Shown here piece after piece: positions 38,783 through 48,946 of a stretch of 64,000 bases of DNA (position 1 is its first letter; each line of letters begins with the position of its first letter). The notes under the pieces were generated by a model that searched no databases, was not told where the DNA came from, and worked only from the letters and a program-made list of their open reading frames with translations. The stretch is from a bacterium (lineage in GTDB: Bacteria; Electryoneota; Electryoneia; Electryoneales; Electryoneaceae), in NCBI GenBank assembly GCA_963669175.1, contig OY769902.1, positions 5,383,366-5,447,365 on the forward strand. The letters run 5' to 3'. A program made the position numbers and the translations under genes.

Positions 38783-39883
38783 TCACCGAGCAAAATCGAG
38801 ATCTTCACGTTTTACCAGTTCCCGCCGCAGGAGTTCTTCGAGCAGGATCTGGGTCAGGTCGCTCATAAAGGCAAATTCGTAACGAATGTCCAGCACGTAA
38901 GCCTTCAAACGCACCTTGATCATACTGCGGCCTTCATGGATTTCATTTTTCATTACCACAGCAATCGGCTTCTTCAAATAGGTGTAGCGTGACACCAGCG
39001 CAGCACGACGGGCCAGCATTTTCACCTGTCCCAGATCCACCCCGGAAGGCAGGTAAAATTCAGCGACAACCTGGCAGTTGGATTCACCGGAGTTGCTGTT
39101 GGATACAGCCTGGTTGACGACTTCGCCGTTGGGGATGGACACGAGTGAATCATCTGCGGTTACAATACGAACTGTCCGCAACCCGATATGCACGACTTCG
39201 CCGTAATGGCTGCCCACCTGGATCTTATCCCCTACCTGGAAAGGTCGGTCGAAGAGGATGATGATACCGCCGAAGATATTCTTCAGGATATCCTGCGATG
39301 CGAACCCGATGGCGATACCTGCAGACGCGGTAAACGCAATCAGGGTTTCCATCGGTGGCGCAAAGACACGCGCTATGATAAAAAACAGGATGCTCGTCCA
39401 GCCGAAAATCCGGATGACCGGCACCACGGCTTTGATGGTCAAACGCGCCCTGGGACGACGCTCCGCTATCGCTTCCAGGAGCCGAGTAACCCAACGGATC
39501 AGGACATATCCCAAGACGAAAACAACAATCGCCCAGAATATCTTGGCTACGGAAAGAGACCAGGATACCGTTGGCGATGCCTGCCCCAGTGATTCCAGAA
39601 CCTGTGGTTTCTGACTTTTCGCTTGTGTTGTTGCGACTGAATCTACAACGGGTATTGCCGCAACCGAATCCACCACAATGCCAGCGGATACAGTGCTATC
39701 GGGGATTATGCTGTCGGATGAACCTTCAGATGAACTATCGGCGGTAAGGCTGTCAGCAACCACCTCAACAGAATCTGTTTCCAGGGAATCCTGGACCGTA
39801 GAGACACCAGGCCATTCCATCGACCAGCCGCCAACGGCCAGCGTCAGGGAAAGCAACAAAGCAATATGCAGTGTTCGTCTCAT
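38783..39883 (-). CDS. mscS: MscS-family mechanosensitive channel with an N-terminal signal peptide and low-complexity extension
   Basis: AIGFASQDILKNIFGG, RPFQVGDKI, GEVVHIGLR, IPN motifs. Confidence 0.9.
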   Translation of the reverse strand: MRRTLHIALLLSLTLAVGGWSMEWPGVSTVQDSLETDSVEVVADSLTADSSSEGSSDSIIPDSTVSAGIVVDSVAAIPVVDSVATTQAKSQKPQVLESLGQASPTVSWSLSVAKIFWAIVVFVLGYVLIRWVTRLLEAIAERRPRARLTIKAVVPVIRIFGWTSILFFIIARVFAPPMETLIAFTASAGIAIGFASQDILKNIFGGIIILFDRPFQVGDKIQVGSHYGEVVHIGLRTVRIVTADDSLVSIPNGEVVNQAVSNSNSGESNCQVVAEFYLPSGVDLGQVKMLARRAALVSRYTYLKKPIAVVMKNEIHEGRSMIKVRLKAYVLDIRYEFAFMSDLTQILLEELLRRELVKREDLDFAR

Positions 39884-39885
39884 GG

Positions 39886-42800
39886 TCAGCTCAACAGGTT
39901 GTTTTCTTTAAGTTCACGTGTCGCCAGCCGGTAGAGGAACGGGTGAATCCGGTATCCTTCCGCGTCCAGAACAACGATCCCGCGTCCGGCCAGACGGCTC
40001 AACATTGTCCGACTGGCGGCCGTCGATTGACGGAATACTGCCGCATGCTGATCTTCACTTAACGCGCCATGTTGCACCAACGCCGCCATAGTGAACAACT
40101 CATCCGCATCCGTACCGGACAGGAAGGTCTCGTCCAGGGTTAACGGCGCAATGTGCATGCTGCCGTCCTCCTGAACCGTAATGGATCTCAGGTAGAATAA
40201 CAGAGCGGCGGCGATATTACCGCCAGAAAGCTCGTGCAGTTGTTTGAAATAGACCATTCGTGCAGCTTCCTGCTGGTCGTGTTCGTTGCGAAGCTTTCTG
40301 AACCGGCGTGTCTCCTTCAGGCTTTGAGGCGCTTCAAAGTCTGTCTTGAAGCCACTGGCCTGATGGCGTTTACGGATAAGCTCACGCAATTCGTCCGGTG
40401 TCAGCGCACTGAAATCAAGCGTTTTCTGGACTGAATTGGACACCTTGATCGCCTTGTCCAGGTACGCCCAGGCAAAACGGTTGCAGGTGATCAACCAGAG
40501 TACTTTGTCCCCGGTACGGTTCACCAGCAGCAGGAAACGCTCCAACAGATCAAAGCCGTCAATCGTCCTGAGATAGAGGTTGTGCAGGTTCTCCACAACA
40601 CATACGGTGCGCTTAAATTCCTTATCCTTGATGGATTCTTCCACATCTTCCAGCGTTCTGCATTTTGACAAATCAAGATGCTTGTATAACAACTGGGCCA
40701 ACCCGGTCTCGTCCATCGGATTTCGTGGCAACGGAATATCAATGACAGTTTGTTTGTTCAGGATTGTCTTGCGTGCGATGAAGAGCAACGAAGTTCGTCC
40801 GCTTCCCAGCTCACCGACGAGCGCCGTTGACGCCAGGTGACCATCCCGCCAGAGCGCGACCTGGCTTGTCAGGACTCCCATTTCCTCTTCACGCGCGGTG
40901 AAGAAACGATCATCGGACAGGGGCGCAGTACGGAACAGTTGACGGTATACGAACGGCAGCGTGTTGATCGCGCGGTCGGTCTCACGCAAGAACGCGGACA
41001 GTTTACTTCCGGCTTCACGCGACGCCTCAACCAGCCCGGTCAATTCCTTGAAACCCCAGTACCGATTGCGAATCCAGCGAACCAGCCCCGGAACAAAGGT
41101 GACGATCAGCTTTGCGCTGTTGACAACACGTTGCGCGGCGCGGCGACGTACCTGCCGCATCCGTTGACGCGCCAAACCCGCTGCATAGCGCAGTTTCAGC
41201 TCAAGGATTTCTTCATTGACACTAAGCGATTCAAGGCTGGCCTCGAAATAGAGAGCGCCATCGCTGAGCTCATTGTCGCACCGGGTGGAAATGTCATTGA
41301 CCCGAGTCTCGATTTCGTGCAGACGCGACAGCAGGCGTTCATAGCCGTCCCGGATGATCCGCAGGGCTTCGTCAGTAGCCTTTTCAGAATCCTCAACGTC
41401 AAACGAGTCCAGCGCTTCACCGGTCAGGATGCTGGTCTGCAAAGTCTGCCCGTCCAACAGATCCAACCCGGCTGAAACATTGACTTCCAGCAGATGGTCG
41501 AGATCGGAAATAAGCTGAAGCGTTCGGCCCTGATCATTGCGCAGCGTCTCGGACAGTTTCGCCAGTTTTTTATCCAGGGGACGGAACAATTCATGACGGA
41601 TAATCTCGCGCAATTCTACCGCTTCACGTTCAGCTCGTGGTTTCCTCGCTTCCGACGCCTGCTTTTCATGGAAGATGACCTGCTTTTCCGGGAGCCGGTC
41701 GATAAGTCGTTCAAGCCCGGTAGCGTACAATACAGGTAAGCGGTCAATCTCGGCATGTACCAGTGTCTGGGTAAGATCAGGCATGTGCTTGCGCCGGATG
41801 TCAAGCGTGAGCTGCCTGGTTGAAGAACGGATGTTTTCCAGGTCGTCTTTGGCAATATCACCCGCTTCTTTCGGAAGCTGATCGACAACTGTTTGCGTAT
41901 TCTCTTTCAGCTCATCCAGCTTGGGCCGAATATTCTGATTTAATCCCTGGTCAAGCGTTTTCCGGTGACGCTTGGATTCCAGTGCGTTGCCCAGCTCCAG
42001 TTCAACCAGCTCAAGGTCTTTCTTCCATTCGCTGGTACGCCCTTTTGCAAGGTTCACCCAGGGTGTAACCGCAGTTCGCAGGTTCTGCTGCACACGGGTC
42101 AGGTTCCTGGTGCGCGTTGTATCTTTCCAGATTGACGCTGGCAGTAACATTGTGCTGGTGTAGGGCCACCAGCTCAAAAGACCAGCATTGAGCTCGTCAA
42201 GTCCTGACGCGAATTCTTCGGTTTCGCGTGTGACAGTTTCTTCCAGGCTCTTTTCGATTTCGTCGGTGACCTCAAGGAACTTCTGCAGCGCAATTTTCAG
42301 CACACCGAAATCGTTTATATCATCAAAATCATCCGTCAGCCGCAAACCGAGCTTCAGCTCGAGGGAAACCGAGATCAAACGCTGAATCCCCTGGGCGGCA
42401 TCCTTCTGCAAGCGAACCCAGGCATGACTTCTTTGTTCTGCAATCGTGTGTTCACATTTCGCTTGGAAAAGTCCACGCAGATGAATGACTCTTTCGAACG
42501 GCTGGTCTTTTTTCTGGAGTATCTTTTCTGCGGTTCGCATGGTACGCCACAACTCGCGGCGTCCATCTTCAGGGGCCTGCTGTATCCAGTTTTCAAAATC
42601 GAATGTGGCTGAAATGGTATCATCAACCGACTGGCTGAAGGATTCGAACGTGTCAAGCCAGGGCATCCAGAGGATTTCATCCAGCAGATCACTGGCAAAC
42701 GCTTTTTCGTTGAGCTGGATGAAGTCATCAATCAGGGCTTTCAGCCAGCCACGCATGATACTGGCATCGCCGGAATCTACGGATAAGGCGTGAATTCGTT

Positions 42801-43002
42801 TCTGGAGGAGCTGCACGGGGCGGCTGAACTTGCGCAGGTCGTGGCGGAATTGCTCCTGCCATGCAAGCAGCATGTCATTGTGCGAGGATTCCGCAACAAC
42901 CAGAAATCGATCAATAGCGACCTGCACCTGCCCGGGAATGGGCAGACCTTGCTTGGGTAAATCTTGATTCACACTTTCCGGTTCAACCTGTGGCGAATCC
43001 AT
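39886..43002 (-). CDS. Large coiled-coil protein with a C-terminal P-loop (AAA/STAND-like) domain
   Basis: Helical N-terminus; Walker A-like GELGSGRTS; VVENLHNL; SGGNI; winged-helix-like C-terminus; 2 bp upstream of mscS. Confidence 0.75.
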   Translation of the reverse strand: MDSPQVEPESVNQDLPKQGLPIPGQVQVAIDRFLVVAESSHNDMLLAWQEQFRHDLRKFSRPVQLLQKRIHALSVDSGDASIMRGWLKALIDDFIQLNEKAFASDLLDEILWMPWLDTFESFSQSVDDTISATFDFENWIQQAPEDGRRELWRTMRTAEKILQKKDQPFERVIHLRGLFQAKCEHTIAEQRSHAWVRLQKDAAQGIQRLISVSLELKLGLRLTDDFDDINDFGVLKIALQKFLEVTDEIEKSLEETVTRETEEFASGLDELNAGLLSWWPYTSTMLLPASIWKDTTRTRNLTRVQQNLRTAVTPWVNLAKGRTSEWKKDLELVELELGNALESKRHRKTLDQGLNQNIRPKLDELKENTQTVVDQLPKEAGDIAKDDLENIRSSTRQLTLDIRRKHMPDLTQTLVHAEIDRLPVLYATGLERLIDRLPEKQVIFHEKQASEARKPRAEREAVELREIIRHELFRPLDKKLAKLSETLRNDQGRTLQLISDLDHLLEVNVSAGLDLLDGQTLQTSILTGEALDSFDVEDSEKATDEALRIIRDGYERLLSRLHEIETRVNDISTRCDNELSDGALYFEASLESLSVNEEILELKLRYAAGLARQRMRQVRRRAAQRVVNSAKLIVTFVPGLVRWIRNRYWGFKELTGLVEASREAGSKLSAFLRETDRAINTLPFVYRQLFRTAPLSDDRFFTAREEEMGVLTSQVALWRDGHLASTALVGELGSGRTSLLFIARKTILNKQTVIDIPLPRNPMDETGLAQLLYKHLDLSKCRTLEDVEESIKDKEFKRTVCVVENLHNLYLRTIDGFDLLERFLLLVNRTGDKVLWLITCNRFAWAYLDKAIKVSNSVQKTLDFSALTPDELRELIRKRHQASGFKTDFEAPQSLKETRRFRKLRNEHDQQEAARMVYFKQLHELSGGNIAAALLFYLRSITVQEDGSMHIAPLTLDETFLSGTDADELFTMAALVQHGALSEDQHAAVFRQSTAASRTMLSRLAGRGIVVLDAEGYRIHPFLYRLATRELKENNLLS

Positions 43003-43204
43003 GTTGCTGAATTTCCCTCAAATTTCCTCGTTTATTGAAACATCCAGCCCAAATATACAGACAGTATGCGTATTTTCCGAGGGCAGAAATCGCCTCGAAA
43101 CAAGCAGTTGAGTGACATTCGCTTGCTGATATGGAGTTCCTTTTCACCTACATTTGGGATGTTGATTCAAAACAAACATATGTACATACTGAAAGGGGTT
43201 ATTG

Positions 43205-44131
43205 ATGACTTTCCGAGACCTTCCGTTCGACAAGATTGGTGAATACATCAAATCTGTCGCGCCTAACCTGTTGATTATTTTGTTGATTATTGTCGGCTCC
43301 TGGCTGACTTGGTGGATATTGCGGGCAGTATCACATCGCATCACCAACCAGATCACCAAGCGTAACGCGGACCGGGATGCGGCGCAACGAGTGGAAACCG
43401 TATCCGGTATTCTGGATAACCTGATCAGCATCAGTATTGGAGTCCTTGCAGTCACCCTGGTACTCGGTGAACTGGGAGTAAACCTTGGCCCACTGATCGC
43501 CGCTGCGGGGATTGCAGGCGTTGCCATCGGCTTTGGCGCACAATCCGTGGTTAAGGATGCCTTGACCGGCTTCTTCTTCCTCCTGGAAGGCCAGGTGCGT
43601 GTCGGGGATGTTGTGGAAGCGGCCGGAAAGGTTGGCCTGGTCGAAAGCATTACCATGCGTGTGCTGGTGCTGCGTGATTTCGCCGGTATCGTGCATGTTA
43701 TCCCGCATGGTGAAGTATCCACCATCTCGAACATGAGCAAGAACTTCTCCATGGCTGTGATCGAAGTGGGAGTGGCTTACCGTGAGGATACGGAAGAAGT
43801 GATGCGACTCCTGCGTGAAGAAGCGGATGCGCTCTGCGAAGATCCGGAATGGGGACCAAAAGTCCAGGCTGAACCGGAAGTGTTCGGCATCGACGAGTTC
43901 GGTGATTCTGCGCTGTTGTTCAAGGTTCGTTTCAAGGTAGAAGCGTCATCGCAGTGGAATGTGGCCCGTGCCTACCGTCGCAGGGTAAAATCACGCTTTG
44001 ACAAGGAAAACATCGAGATCCCGTTCCCGCATCAAACTCTTTATTTCGGTGAGGATAAAGAAGGGAAAGCGCCACCGATGTTCGTGCATTTGAACAAGGA
44101 TGGTGAGACTGTGAAAACGGAAACTGCCTGA
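43205..44131 (+). CDS. MscS-family mechanosensitive channel (YbiO-like)
   Basis: GVAIGFGAQSVVKD, QVRVGDVV, IPHG and IEIPFP motifs. Confidence 0.92.
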   Translation: MTFRDLPFDKIGEYIKSVAPNLLIILLIIVGSWLTWWILRAVSHRITNQITKRNADRDAAQRVETVSGILDNLISISIGVLAVTLVLGELGVNLGPLIAAAGIAGVAIGFGAQSVVKDALTGFFFLLEGQVRVGDVVEAAGKVGLVESITMRVLVLRDFAGIVHVIPHGEVSTISNMSKNFSMAVIEVGVAYREDTEEVMRLLREEADALCEDPEWGPKVQAEPEVFGIDEFGDSALLFKVRFKVEASSQWNVARAYRRRVKSRFDKENIEIPFPHQTLYFGEDKEGKAPPMFVHLNKDGETVKTETA

Positions 44132-44136
44132 TTTTT

Positions 44137-45714
44137 TTATTCTTCAGGCTTACCGGTAGATTCCTTTTCCGGTGTCGCCGTTTCATCTTCAGATGATTCG
44201 GTTGCACCGGTTTCTTTTTGCCACAGGTCGATGATATTCACATCATCCGCATAGGTCGTACTCTTGACCTCAGTGATATTGAGCAACCTTGACACCAGTT
44301 CTTCCATACGGTCAACCAGGCGTGGAATACGTTCCAGCTTGGGGAGGATTTTTCCGGGATCATCTTTGCTCATCTGGGCAAAGTCAGCAATCAGGTGCAA
44401 TCCGGAAAGGGGCTGACGAAATTCATGGGCTATTGTTCGGCTTACTTCCTGAAGCGTTTCAAGTTGTTTGTGCTTCAGCTCGGTCTCACGCCGCATCAGA
44501 ATTGTTCTCGCGATAATGATGGACCCGATAAAATGGAAAAATACGAGTACGATCAGGCCGAAAGTCAAGTTCCGGGTGTAAGTATGCAGTTCGGAATACA
44601 GGTTATAATGAGGAACATGAGAAATGAGCGTCCAGATGTATGTTGTGTCACCAACAGTGGTGTTGGTATTAAGGGGATCGGTTTTGTTGGAATCCGTTTT
44701 TACTTCAAATGGATTGAAGGTAGTGAACACATCGAGACCATCATCATCCAGATGATGATCCGTAGTCGTTGGTTTGGCAATTACATTCCATAATTCAGGG
44801 TCACGGCGTGCTACGGTGAACGTATCCATATTGGGGAATTCGAAACCGAATTCATGTTCTGGATTCTGCGCCAGCAGCCAGAAGCCGTCCTTGTTTATCA
44901 ATTCGAAGTAGCCAAGGGTGTCGTCAGTAATCTGAGTCATACGTTCCAGGAAGGCGTCAGCTTTCAGGTTCAGCACAATCATCCCGGCTCTGCGACCGGT
45001 GTGCTTGAATACAGGAACAGCAAAACGGATCACCGGGTTATAGGGTTTCTCAATTTCGTTGTTTTCACGGTCCAATTCCATCTGGGAATGGTACACCATC
45101 CCATGTTCCAGAGTGATCAGTTTATCCAGGTGATCCAGATCTTCTGATTTTTTCTTCTCCCTGGTTTCGCGTAACGGCCGTGGTGGCGGAGATCTTCTGT
45201 CATCACCAAACTCACCTGAGAAGTTGTTTTGTTCTTCCTCCATTTCCAGCATTCTACCCACAAAACCGGCAGGTTTTCTGTCAGTACTGTCCGCGCCTCC
45301 CTTGGGCGTGAAAGGAGATGGATCATCGATATCTACGCTTACCAGTTCGTAGCCATCCACATCCAGGTAGGCCGCCTTGTCATAGACTCCCTTGGTATGC
45401 AATAGATCCCGAAGCAGAAATTCCAGTTTCTTTTCCACGTCGGGGGTGGGGTTTTCCGCCATCTCGAACACTTCATGACGGGTAGATATCAGGAGTAGAT
45501 CGGTAATGTATCCCTTCAATTCGGTCATAAGGTTTTGTTTTGCCAGCAGAACGCGTTCTTTATGTTCAGCGACATAAGAATCTTCGACAGCTTTTTTCTT
45601 GGCATAGTGCAGATAGACACCGGCAATGAGAGCAAAGATGACAACGGGGAGAAACAGGAAGAGAAATCGCCGCCAGAACTCGACGTTATGTGTCCGAAAT
45701 CGTATTTTGTCCAT
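44137..45714 (-). CDS. Membrane sensor with a Cache-like periplasmic domain and HisKA domain, no ATPase domain
   Basis: Two TM segments; PYNPVIRFAVPV Cache-type motif; H-box IAHEFRQPL; protein ends about 80 aa later. Confidence 0.8.
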   Translation of the reverse strand: MDKIRFRTHNVEFWRRFLFLFLPVVIFALIAGVYLHYAKKKAVEDSYVAEHKERVLLAKQNLMTELKGYITDLLLISTRHEVFEMAENPTPDVEKKLEFLLRDLLHTKGVYDKAAYLDVDGYELVSVDIDDPSPFTPKGGADSTDRKPAGFVGRMLEMEEEQNNFSGEFGDDRRSPPPRPLRETREKKKSEDLDHLDKLITLEHGMVYHSQMELDRENNEIEKPYNPVIRFAVPVFKHTGRRAGMIVLNLKADAFLERMTQITDDTLGYFELINKDGFWLLAQNPEHEFGFEFPNMDTFTVARRDPELWNVIAKPTTTDHHLDDDGLDVFTTFNPFEVKTDSNKTDPLNTNTTVGDTTYIWTLISHVPHYNLYSELHTYTRNLTFGLIVLVFFHFIGSIIIARTILMRRETELKHKQLETLQEVSRTIAHEFRQPLSGLHLIADFAQMSKDDPGKILPKLERIPRLVDRMEELVSRLLNITEVKSTTYADDVNIIDLWQKETGATESSEDETATPEKESTGKPEE

Positions 45715-46013
45715 GTTCCAACTGTGGTTTGGTTGGTCTGCCTCTGTAGTTTAGGGAAAAAGCGTGGGAAGAGCCACACGCAACGAGGAGGTTAGCACTG
45801 GAGCCGGAGAGACCGGAGCAGAGGGTTGAATAGGGTAAGATAAGTTTATATGTTAGCGAGTTGTCCCGTTTCAGGATACTCTCCTCCTTTACGGACAGTG
45901 TGACATTAACCGAAACAAACCCTGGATCAGGGAAAGCCCGTGGAGAGTGCACCAGCGGCGCGGACGGGGAATACCCTTCCCTTCTCTGGTCAAGCGCAAA
46001 ACAAGGATAGAGA

Positions 46014-46937
46014 ATGGCCACAGAAACCAACAAAAAGAGCGCGTCGGTCACCGTAGATGTGAAGGTGCCACCGGAAATCGCCTGGCGCGGCATCACAGAC
46101 GCTCGCGAGCTTCAGATCTGGTTCGCCCAGCAGGTAAACATTGACCTGCAAGCTGGCGGCAAGTTCGATTTCGGCGGGAAATTTGTCCCGTTCATGAAAT
46201 ACGACGAGCGTCCCGAACGTAAAATCCTCGAACTCGATGCCGAAGAGATGGTATTCGCGTTTGAATGGCCCGTCCGGACACGTGAAGGTGATTTCAGCGA
46301 CACGATTGTCAAGTTCCGTATTTCACCGATGAATGAGTTCTGCAGGCTCGATGTTGATCATATCGTTGATGCAGACGATTTTTCTGATGATGACCTGCGT
46401 AACATCTGGGCATTGCTGCTGAACGGTTTTGTTTTCCATATGGAAGGCGCCTCCGCTTGGGTGCGTCCGGAATTCTCTACCCGCAAGGCAAAAGATTTCC
46501 GTCTCGAGATGTGGACAGCCGCCGATCGTGAAGAAGTTTACGAAACCCTGACTACCGTTGAAGGTATCAAGGCGTTCTTCGCTCCCCAGGTTAAATCCGT
46601 GGAGCTGAAGGAAGACGGCGTGCTCGATCTGGGCTATGATCAGCTCAAGGTCGCGGAAGTTGAAGAGAACGCCAAGTTCTCCTTCGCATGGCGTGAAGTG
46701 GCCGATGAAGATCCCAACCTGACTGTCTGTTGGGAGCTGAAAGATGAAGGCAACGGTACTCGTGTTGTGCTGACCGAAGGCACTTTCACTGAGCCGGTCC
46801 TTCTGTGCACACGTCCGGACTATGATGGCTGGGCAGCGGTGATGAACGACCTGAAGCGTTACCTGGAAACACATCGTCACCCGATTTTCCTGTCCATCCT
46901 GGTCCAACCGTTTGAAGGCAAACTTCCGGGCGCCTGA
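46014..46937 (+). CDS. Tandem SRPBCC (AHSA1-like) domain protein
   Basis: Two copies of the P(P/R)E..W/Y..T...L..WF...GW/W..L..L..Y pattern. Confidence 0.8.
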   Translation: MATETNKKSASVTVDVKVPPEIAWRGITDARELQIWFAQQVNIDLQAGGKFDFGGKFVPFMKYDERPERKILELDAEEMVFAFEWPVRTREGDFSDTIVKFRISPMNEFCRLDVDHIVDADDFSDDDLRNIWALLLNGFVFHMEGASAWVRPEFSTRKAKDFRLEMWTAADREEVYETLTTVEGIKAFFAPQVKSVELKEDGVLDLGYDQLKVAEVEENAKFSFAWREVADEDPNLTVCWELKDEGNGTRVVLTEGTFTEPVLLCTRPDYDGWAAVMNDLKRYLETHRHPIFLSILVQPFEGKLPGA

Positions 46938-47029
46938 GAATAGGTGAGTACGTCAGTGACAGACATTCCACGCGGCAAGCGTCCAACAGGAGGCGTTTGC
47001 CGCGTTTTTCGTCATGCAAGGAGGGGAGT

Positions 47030-48640
47030 ATGATCAGACGAATTGGCGTTGTATGGCTGACCCGAGATTTGGAAGAGCTGGCACGACGATTGAGTGAATG
47101 TGGAGATTTTAAATTTGAAATTGTTGAATCCGTAGAAGATTATCTCGAAATCAACACCACATTTCATTTCGAAGAATGCGACAATGGCGACAATATCCCA
47201 TCCTACCTTCATTTCAATGGTGACGATTCCTTTATTCCCGACGTGCCCATCCTTGTCCTTGACGACGATTTGGAAGGCCAATGCCTGGCAGTGGACAGTC
47301 TGGAGCCATTTACTAAGGAAACCAGTCAGCTCATTGCCCTTTATGCTTACGAATTGAATAATTATCATTATTATTATAAGAGAGCAAATCCGCGCATGTT
47401 TGGATTGCGCTTTGGCGATCTCCCCCAAGACAAGACCTATCTTGAATTGACACGGCTGGACTGTACGACAAACGAAACACTTGAAGAGGCAAGCGACATG
47501 GCGAAAGCGGCCGGAATGCACGCAACAGTCGTAGAATACCCCATTGAAGGGGGATTTTATGAACGTATCCGTATCCCATTGGAACTGGAGTCGTTACGCT
47601 TGGTGCGTCACTTGAACAACCCTCCGGTACTTGTCGATCACCTTACAAAAACTGCATTAAATCTGCCCAACGGAGTCCTGAGTGTAGTCCGGGACATACA
47701 GCCTCGTTTTCGCGGTGATACTCATGACTCGATGGATCAATTAGCCGAACAGGACAGCCGTTTCCGTTCTGCTGCCGGGTATTTCCCATATGAAGATTCA
47801 TCGCCTTTCTGGAAAAGCTTGGATTCTGACGGCCCATCTCCTGTTGATCCGATGGATGTTGATATACCAGTTGAGGGCAATGTCCTGATTGTTGGAGCCC
47901 CGCAACTGGTTGAAGGATGGAAGAAAACACTATTCGAACAATCAGGCGGTAAGGTGAATGCAGTTACCTGGCCGTTATGGGATCTGGGGGAGGTTTCTGA
48001 AGAGAGTGTTGCGCCGATACTGAAACAGGGGCCATACCGTTTGATTATCGAATGCCTGGTCAGCGCTGTGGAAGACCGCCAGTCACTGCTGGATGCGCTG
48101 TTACCGTCACTAATGCCAAGAGGAATGATCTGGGCGCATACTCTGAATGCTGCCGCCACGGTGACCGTGCAAGTTGTTCCCGAGGATACCTGCGCAATTG
48201 GTTTTGGCGGTTTACCGCCAACGGATAATAGCGGCAGTGTTGAGCTGATGTGCCCGGCCAGCTCCAAACGACATGACTTGCAACGTGCTGCGGCTATGGC
48301 CTTGCACTTGGGATTAACTCCTTATGAAGTGCCGGACGAGCCCGGTGGTATAGGAGCACGTACGTTGGCGGTACTGGTAAACAGCACCTTGTTCACGGTA
48401 CGTGAAGGTATCGTTGCGACACCAACGGAGGCGGATGCCGCGGCCAAGGCTCTGTTTAACATGCAGGAAAGTCCTCTGCAAATTGCCGATCAAGTGGGAT
48501 TGGACGTTATTGAAGCCGTATTGCTTGGCCTGAAGGCGTTGCTCGGCGAAGAGCGCTACCGTGTGTGCCCCCTGATCACCATGCGTATCGAATCCGGGGC
48601 GACAGGGCATGCTTCCGGTAAGGGCTTTTACGCGAAATAA
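47030..48640 (+). CDS. Protein with an unknown N-terminal half and a C-terminal 3-hydroxyacyl-CoA dehydrogenase-like region
   Basis: DEPGGIGAR...N, PLQIADQVGLDV, ERYR.CP and G..SGKGFY of the 3HCDH C-terminal domain; ATG at 47030 with an RBS. Confidence 0.7.
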   Translation: MIRRIGVVWLTRDLEELARRLSECGDFKFEIVESVEDYLEINTTFHFEECDNGDNIPSYLHFNGDDSFIPDVPILVLDDDLEGQCLAVDSLEPFTKETSQLIALYAYELNNYHYYYKRANPRMFGLRFGDLPQDKTYLELTRLDCTTNETLEEASDMAKAAGMHATVVEYPIEGGFYERIRIPLELESLRLVRHLNNPPVLVDHLTKTALNLPNGVLSVVRDIQPRFRGDTHDSMDQLAEQDSRFRSAAGYFPYEDSSPFWKSLDSDGPSPVDPMDVDIPVEGNVLIVGAPQLVEGWKKTLFEQSGGKVNAVTWPLWDLGEVSEESVAPILKQGPYRLIIECLVSAVEDRQSLLDALLPSLMPRGMIWAHTLNAAATVTVQVVPEDTCAIGFGGLPPTDNSGSVELMCPASSKRHDLQRAAAMALHLGLTPYEVPDEPGGIGARTLAVLVNSTLFTVREGIVATPTEADAAAKALFNMQESPLQIADQVGLDVIEAVLLGLKALLGEERYRVCPLITMRIESGATGHASGKGFYAK

Positions 48641-48695
48641 TAAATCGGTATTTTTAAGCAGGTTGGCAGGTCGTTTCCTTTTCCTTGATTTTTAC

Positions 48696-48928
48696 GACAG
48701 CTCACAAAAAATTGCTTAAACTATCGACGAGAATGTTTCGTCAGGTCTTGATGCGATGCCTTTTTCTTGTGTTTCACAGCAATTTCTGACAACGGGCCGA
48801 CTTCATACCTGCTATTTCGCATGATAGATTGTTATAAGGCATCACGTTGTGACCTGACGACGGCGAGAATACTGATACCAGTGACAGGTCACAACTTTGC
48901 CCGGATGCAAAAATTCTTGTGAGGAACC
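48696..48928 (-). mobile_element. MITE-like element, inverted and internally deleted copy
   Basis: Reverse complement of the family; ends ATGCAAAAATTCTTGTGAGGAACC; about 100 bp missing between two CACAAC direct repeats. Confidence 0.8.
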
Positions 48929-48946
48929 ATTTTTACGAGGCAAGAA

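Noticed and set aside
45715-46013. Riboswitch or ncRNA in the divergent intergenic region (hairpin GCGTG..CACGC at about 45762-45781)
   Set aside because: No recognisable family consensus; an Rfam/Infernal search would be needed.
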